Positions 61,774-64,000 of a DNA stretch of 64,000 bases are shown here, in pieces. The stretch spans positions 2,560,001 through 2,624,000 of the forward strand of contig CAWJMB010000002.1 of NCBI GenBank assembly GCA_963843845.1. The letters run 5' to 3'. Under the pieces are notes generated by a model. That model was not told the DNA's origin and did no database searches. It saw only the letters and a program-made list of their open reading frames with translations. The position numbers and the translations under genes are program-made. Within the stretch, counting starts at the first letter, position 1, and each line of letters opens with the position of its first letter. The stretch comes from an uncultured Gemmatimonadaceae bacterium (lineage in GTDB: Bacteria; Gemmatimonadota; Gemmatimonadetes; Gemmatimonadales; Gemmatimonadaceae).

Positions 61774-63275
61774 TCCTCCTCATCGCGCGACGAGAGCTGC
61801 TCGGTCATCTGCGCAGCACGAGACTCCGGGCGCTGTTCGCGCTCGTCGTCCTCTTGCTCGCCGTCGGCACGTACGTCGATGTGCGGCGGTACCAGGCGCG
61901 CGTTCGCTTCGCCGACGCGCTCGACGCGATGCGCGTGACGGCGTCGGCACTCCCGCGCGACGACGCCGAGGGAATGACGGCACGATTCGGCTGGCGCGCC
62001 GGACGGCTGACGAACGACCCCGCACTCCGCGCCATTCGTCCGCCGGTTCCCGCGAGCGTCTTCGCCCTCGGCGCCGATCTCGCGACGCCAGGGTACTGGC
62101 AGTTCGGTACCGAGGGCGCCGTCGCCGGCCCGGCACCAGCGGCCGAATCGGCTGCGGCTGGAAGCGGTGGCGCAGCGACGCTCGACCTGACGTTCGTCGT
62201 TCGGGTCGTGCTCTCGCTCGCCGCGTTGCTCGTCGCCGCCGACACGATCGCCGGCGATCGCGAGCGAGGAACGCTCCGGACGCTGTTCGCGGCCCCCGTG
62301 TCACGCGTCGACATCGTCCTCGGCAAGTACCTCGGCGGAGTGCTCGCCCTCGGAGTGCCGCTGCTCACGGGCGCCATCGCCGCCGCGATCGTCGTCGCGA
62401 CGACGCAGCCTGCACTGCTGACGGCGGGGCTCGGCGTACGCGTGCTCCTCCTGGCGGCGGCGAGCGGAGCGTACCTGGCGGCGATGCTCGCGTTGGGCAC
62501 CTGCATCAGCGCACGCTGTCGCGACGCCCAGACGGCGGTCGTAGTGCTGGTCGCGACGTGGGCGACCGTGGTCATCGTCGTGCCAGCCGCCGCGCCTCTC
62601 GCCGCCGCCGTCGTCCGACCCGTCGCGTCCGACGAGGTCGTCGCGTACGAACGGACGGAGTCGGTCCGGCAGCTCGAGACCGAGCGCGCTCGCGCGCTGG
62701 CGGCGATCTGGGAGCAGGTGAGCGGCACAGGCGTGGTGCCGGACGCGACGACCCTGACGCCGAGACTGCGCCGGCAGTACGACGAGGCACGACGCGGCAC
62801 GGAGCAGGAGTTCATGCGCCGGAAGCGCACGCTGCTGCGCACGACGGCCGACGACCGCCGGCGTCAGATCGCGCGCCAGCTCGCCGTGCTCGAAACGATC
62901 GACGTGCTGTCCCCGCCGGCGGCGTTCGCGATGGTCGCTTCGGCAGTCGCGGGGACGAGCACGGGCGCCCTGAGCCGATGGCAGCTCGCGGTCGACGAGC
63001 ACCAGCAGCGGCTGGAGCGCACGATGTTCGACCGGCAGTTCGGCACCGAGCTGTTCGTGAAGCCGCTGAACTACCTGCGCGTCGCGTTCCTGCCGAACGC
63101 GAACGATCCGAGCGAGCGACTTCCACGATACGACGAGCTGCCCGCCTTCGCGCCACCGGCGGCGGACCTCGGCGCGGACGTACGAGCGGCGCTGCCCCTA
63201 CTCGGCGTGCTCGTCACGCACACTCTCGTCTTCCTCGCGCTCGCCGGTGTCGCCGTGCTGCGCATGGACGTGTGA
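61770..63275 (+). CDS. ABC-2 type permease with large periplasmic loops
   Basis: IARRELL, IAGDRERGTLRTLFAAPVSR..IVLGK, multiple TM helices and a long charged helical loop. Confidence 0.88.
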   Translation: MILLIARRELLGHLRSTRLRALFALVVLLLAVGTYVDVRRYQARVRFADALDAMRVTASALPRDDAEGMTARFGWRAGRLTNDPALRAIRPPVPASVFALGADLATPGYWQFGTEGAVAGPAPAAESAAAGSGGAATLDLTFVVRVVLSLAALLVAADTIAGDRERGTLRTLFAAPVSRVDIVLGKYLGGVLALGVPLLTGAIAAAIVVATTQPALLTAGLGVRVLLLAAASGAYLAAMLALGTCISARCRDAQTAVVVLVATWATVVIVVPAAAPLAAAVVRPVASDEVVAYERTESVRQLETERARALAAIWEQVSGTGVVPDATTLTPRLRRQYDEARRGTEQEFMRRKRTLLRTTADDRRRQIARQLAVLETIDVLSPPAAFAMVASAVAGTSTGALSRWQLAVDEHQQRLERTMFDRQFGTELFVKPLNYLRVAFLPNANDPSERLPRYDELPAFAPPAADLGADVRAALPLLGVLVTHTLVFLALAGVAVLRMDV

Positions 63276-63280
63276 CCGCG

Positions 63281-64000
63281 ATGCGACCGACGATCCGCGC
63301 CTTCGCGTTAGGCAGCGTCCTCGTAACGCCGCTGGCCTCGGCCGTCGAGCGCGCCTCCGCGCAATCTGCACCGACGGCGATCAGCCCGTCGACCTACCTC
63401 GACGTGCTTCGCGCGGGCACCGACCTGCGCCAGGCCACCGCGGAATTCGCGCGCGCTGCGGCATTGCGCTCGCGCGCCATGCTGTCGCCGAGCGAATACG
63501 ACGAACGGCGCGCCGCGTGGGAGCGGGCGCGGCTCACCTATCTCGGCACGCTCGCAGCAGCAGGCGGGGCGCGGACGCATGTCGCGATCGTACGCGCCGT
63601 GAAGGTACGACGGCCGGATGGACGGCTTCGTGTCGAGCTGGCACTGCGCAACGACGCACGCCTCCCAACCATCGCTGGGCTCTGGCAGCAGTCCGACACA
63701 CCGGCCGACGACCCGTCCGTGCGCGACCTCACATTCACGAACGCCGACGACGATCGAGCCGCGCTCGTCGCGTGGACGACGGCGCACGCTGCGGTCGTCG
63801 CGCTGAAGACGGAATCGGGCGCGAATGGCGTGGCGATCTCGCGCCCCTACGAGCGCACGCTGCCCGACCTGGCCCCGGGTCAGGGAGCGACCGTCGAGTT
63901 CGACTTGCTCGAAGATCTGAGCGACATCGTGGTGTCGCTCGACGCCGCAGGCCGGACCGACGAGCGACGCATCCGGTTGGAGGTCGCGTCGAGTGAGCGC
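63281..64000 (+). CDS. Secreted protein with an MFP-like helical hairpin and an Ig-like region; truncated by the window and absent from the ORF track
   Basis: Open frame from ATG 63281: MRPTIRAFALGSVLVTPLASA..., ATAEFARAAALRSRAMLSPSEYDERRAAWERARL, ISRPYERTLPDLAPGQGATVEFDLLED. Confidence 0.72.
   Translation, partial: MRPTIRAFALGSVLVTPLASAVERASAQSAPTAISPSTYLDVLRAGTDLRQATAEFARAAALRSRAMLSPSEYDERRAAWERARLTYLGTLAAAGGARTHVAIVRAVKVRRPDGRLRVELALRNDARLPTIAGLWQQSDTPADDPSVRDLTFTNADDDRAALVAWTTAHAAVVALKTESGANGVAISRPYERTLPDLAPGQGATVEFDLLEDLSDIVVSLDAAGRTDERRIRLEVASSER

Overview
High-GC (about 70% or more by eye) bacterial chromosomal DNA. Gene content and order suggest Gemmatimonadota (inference). Most of the window is housekeeping: ffh-rpsP-rimM-trmD-rplS-rnhB, two Lon proteases, a purine salvage operon, a phosphate cluster (phoB/phoR-like, ppx, ppk1, pit, DUF47), dnaK-degP-tRNA-Leu, carotenoid genes (crtB, cruF-like, crtI), tig-clpP-clpX-lon-yihA, trpE, LPS genes, maf and dtd. 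Many genes, especially at about 17.7-20.4 kb and 24.8-31.7 kb, carry single-base frameshifts that look like unpolished long-read errors. Four observations stand out. (1) An accessory operon at 57.97-64 kb: AraC regulator, 12-bp tandem repeats, secreted 6-Cys Gly/Thr-rich protein, degenerate thioredoxin-like protein, beta-propeller lipoprotein, ABC exporter and a hairpin/Ig-like secreted protein. (2) An adjacent diguanylate cyclase with two extracytoplasmic OB-folds. (3) A dispersed heptamer GTTAGGC that accounts for nearly all TTA codons I found. (4) A 250-nt structured element between ppx and ppk1. I found no CRISPR array, rRNA, transposase or phage genes.
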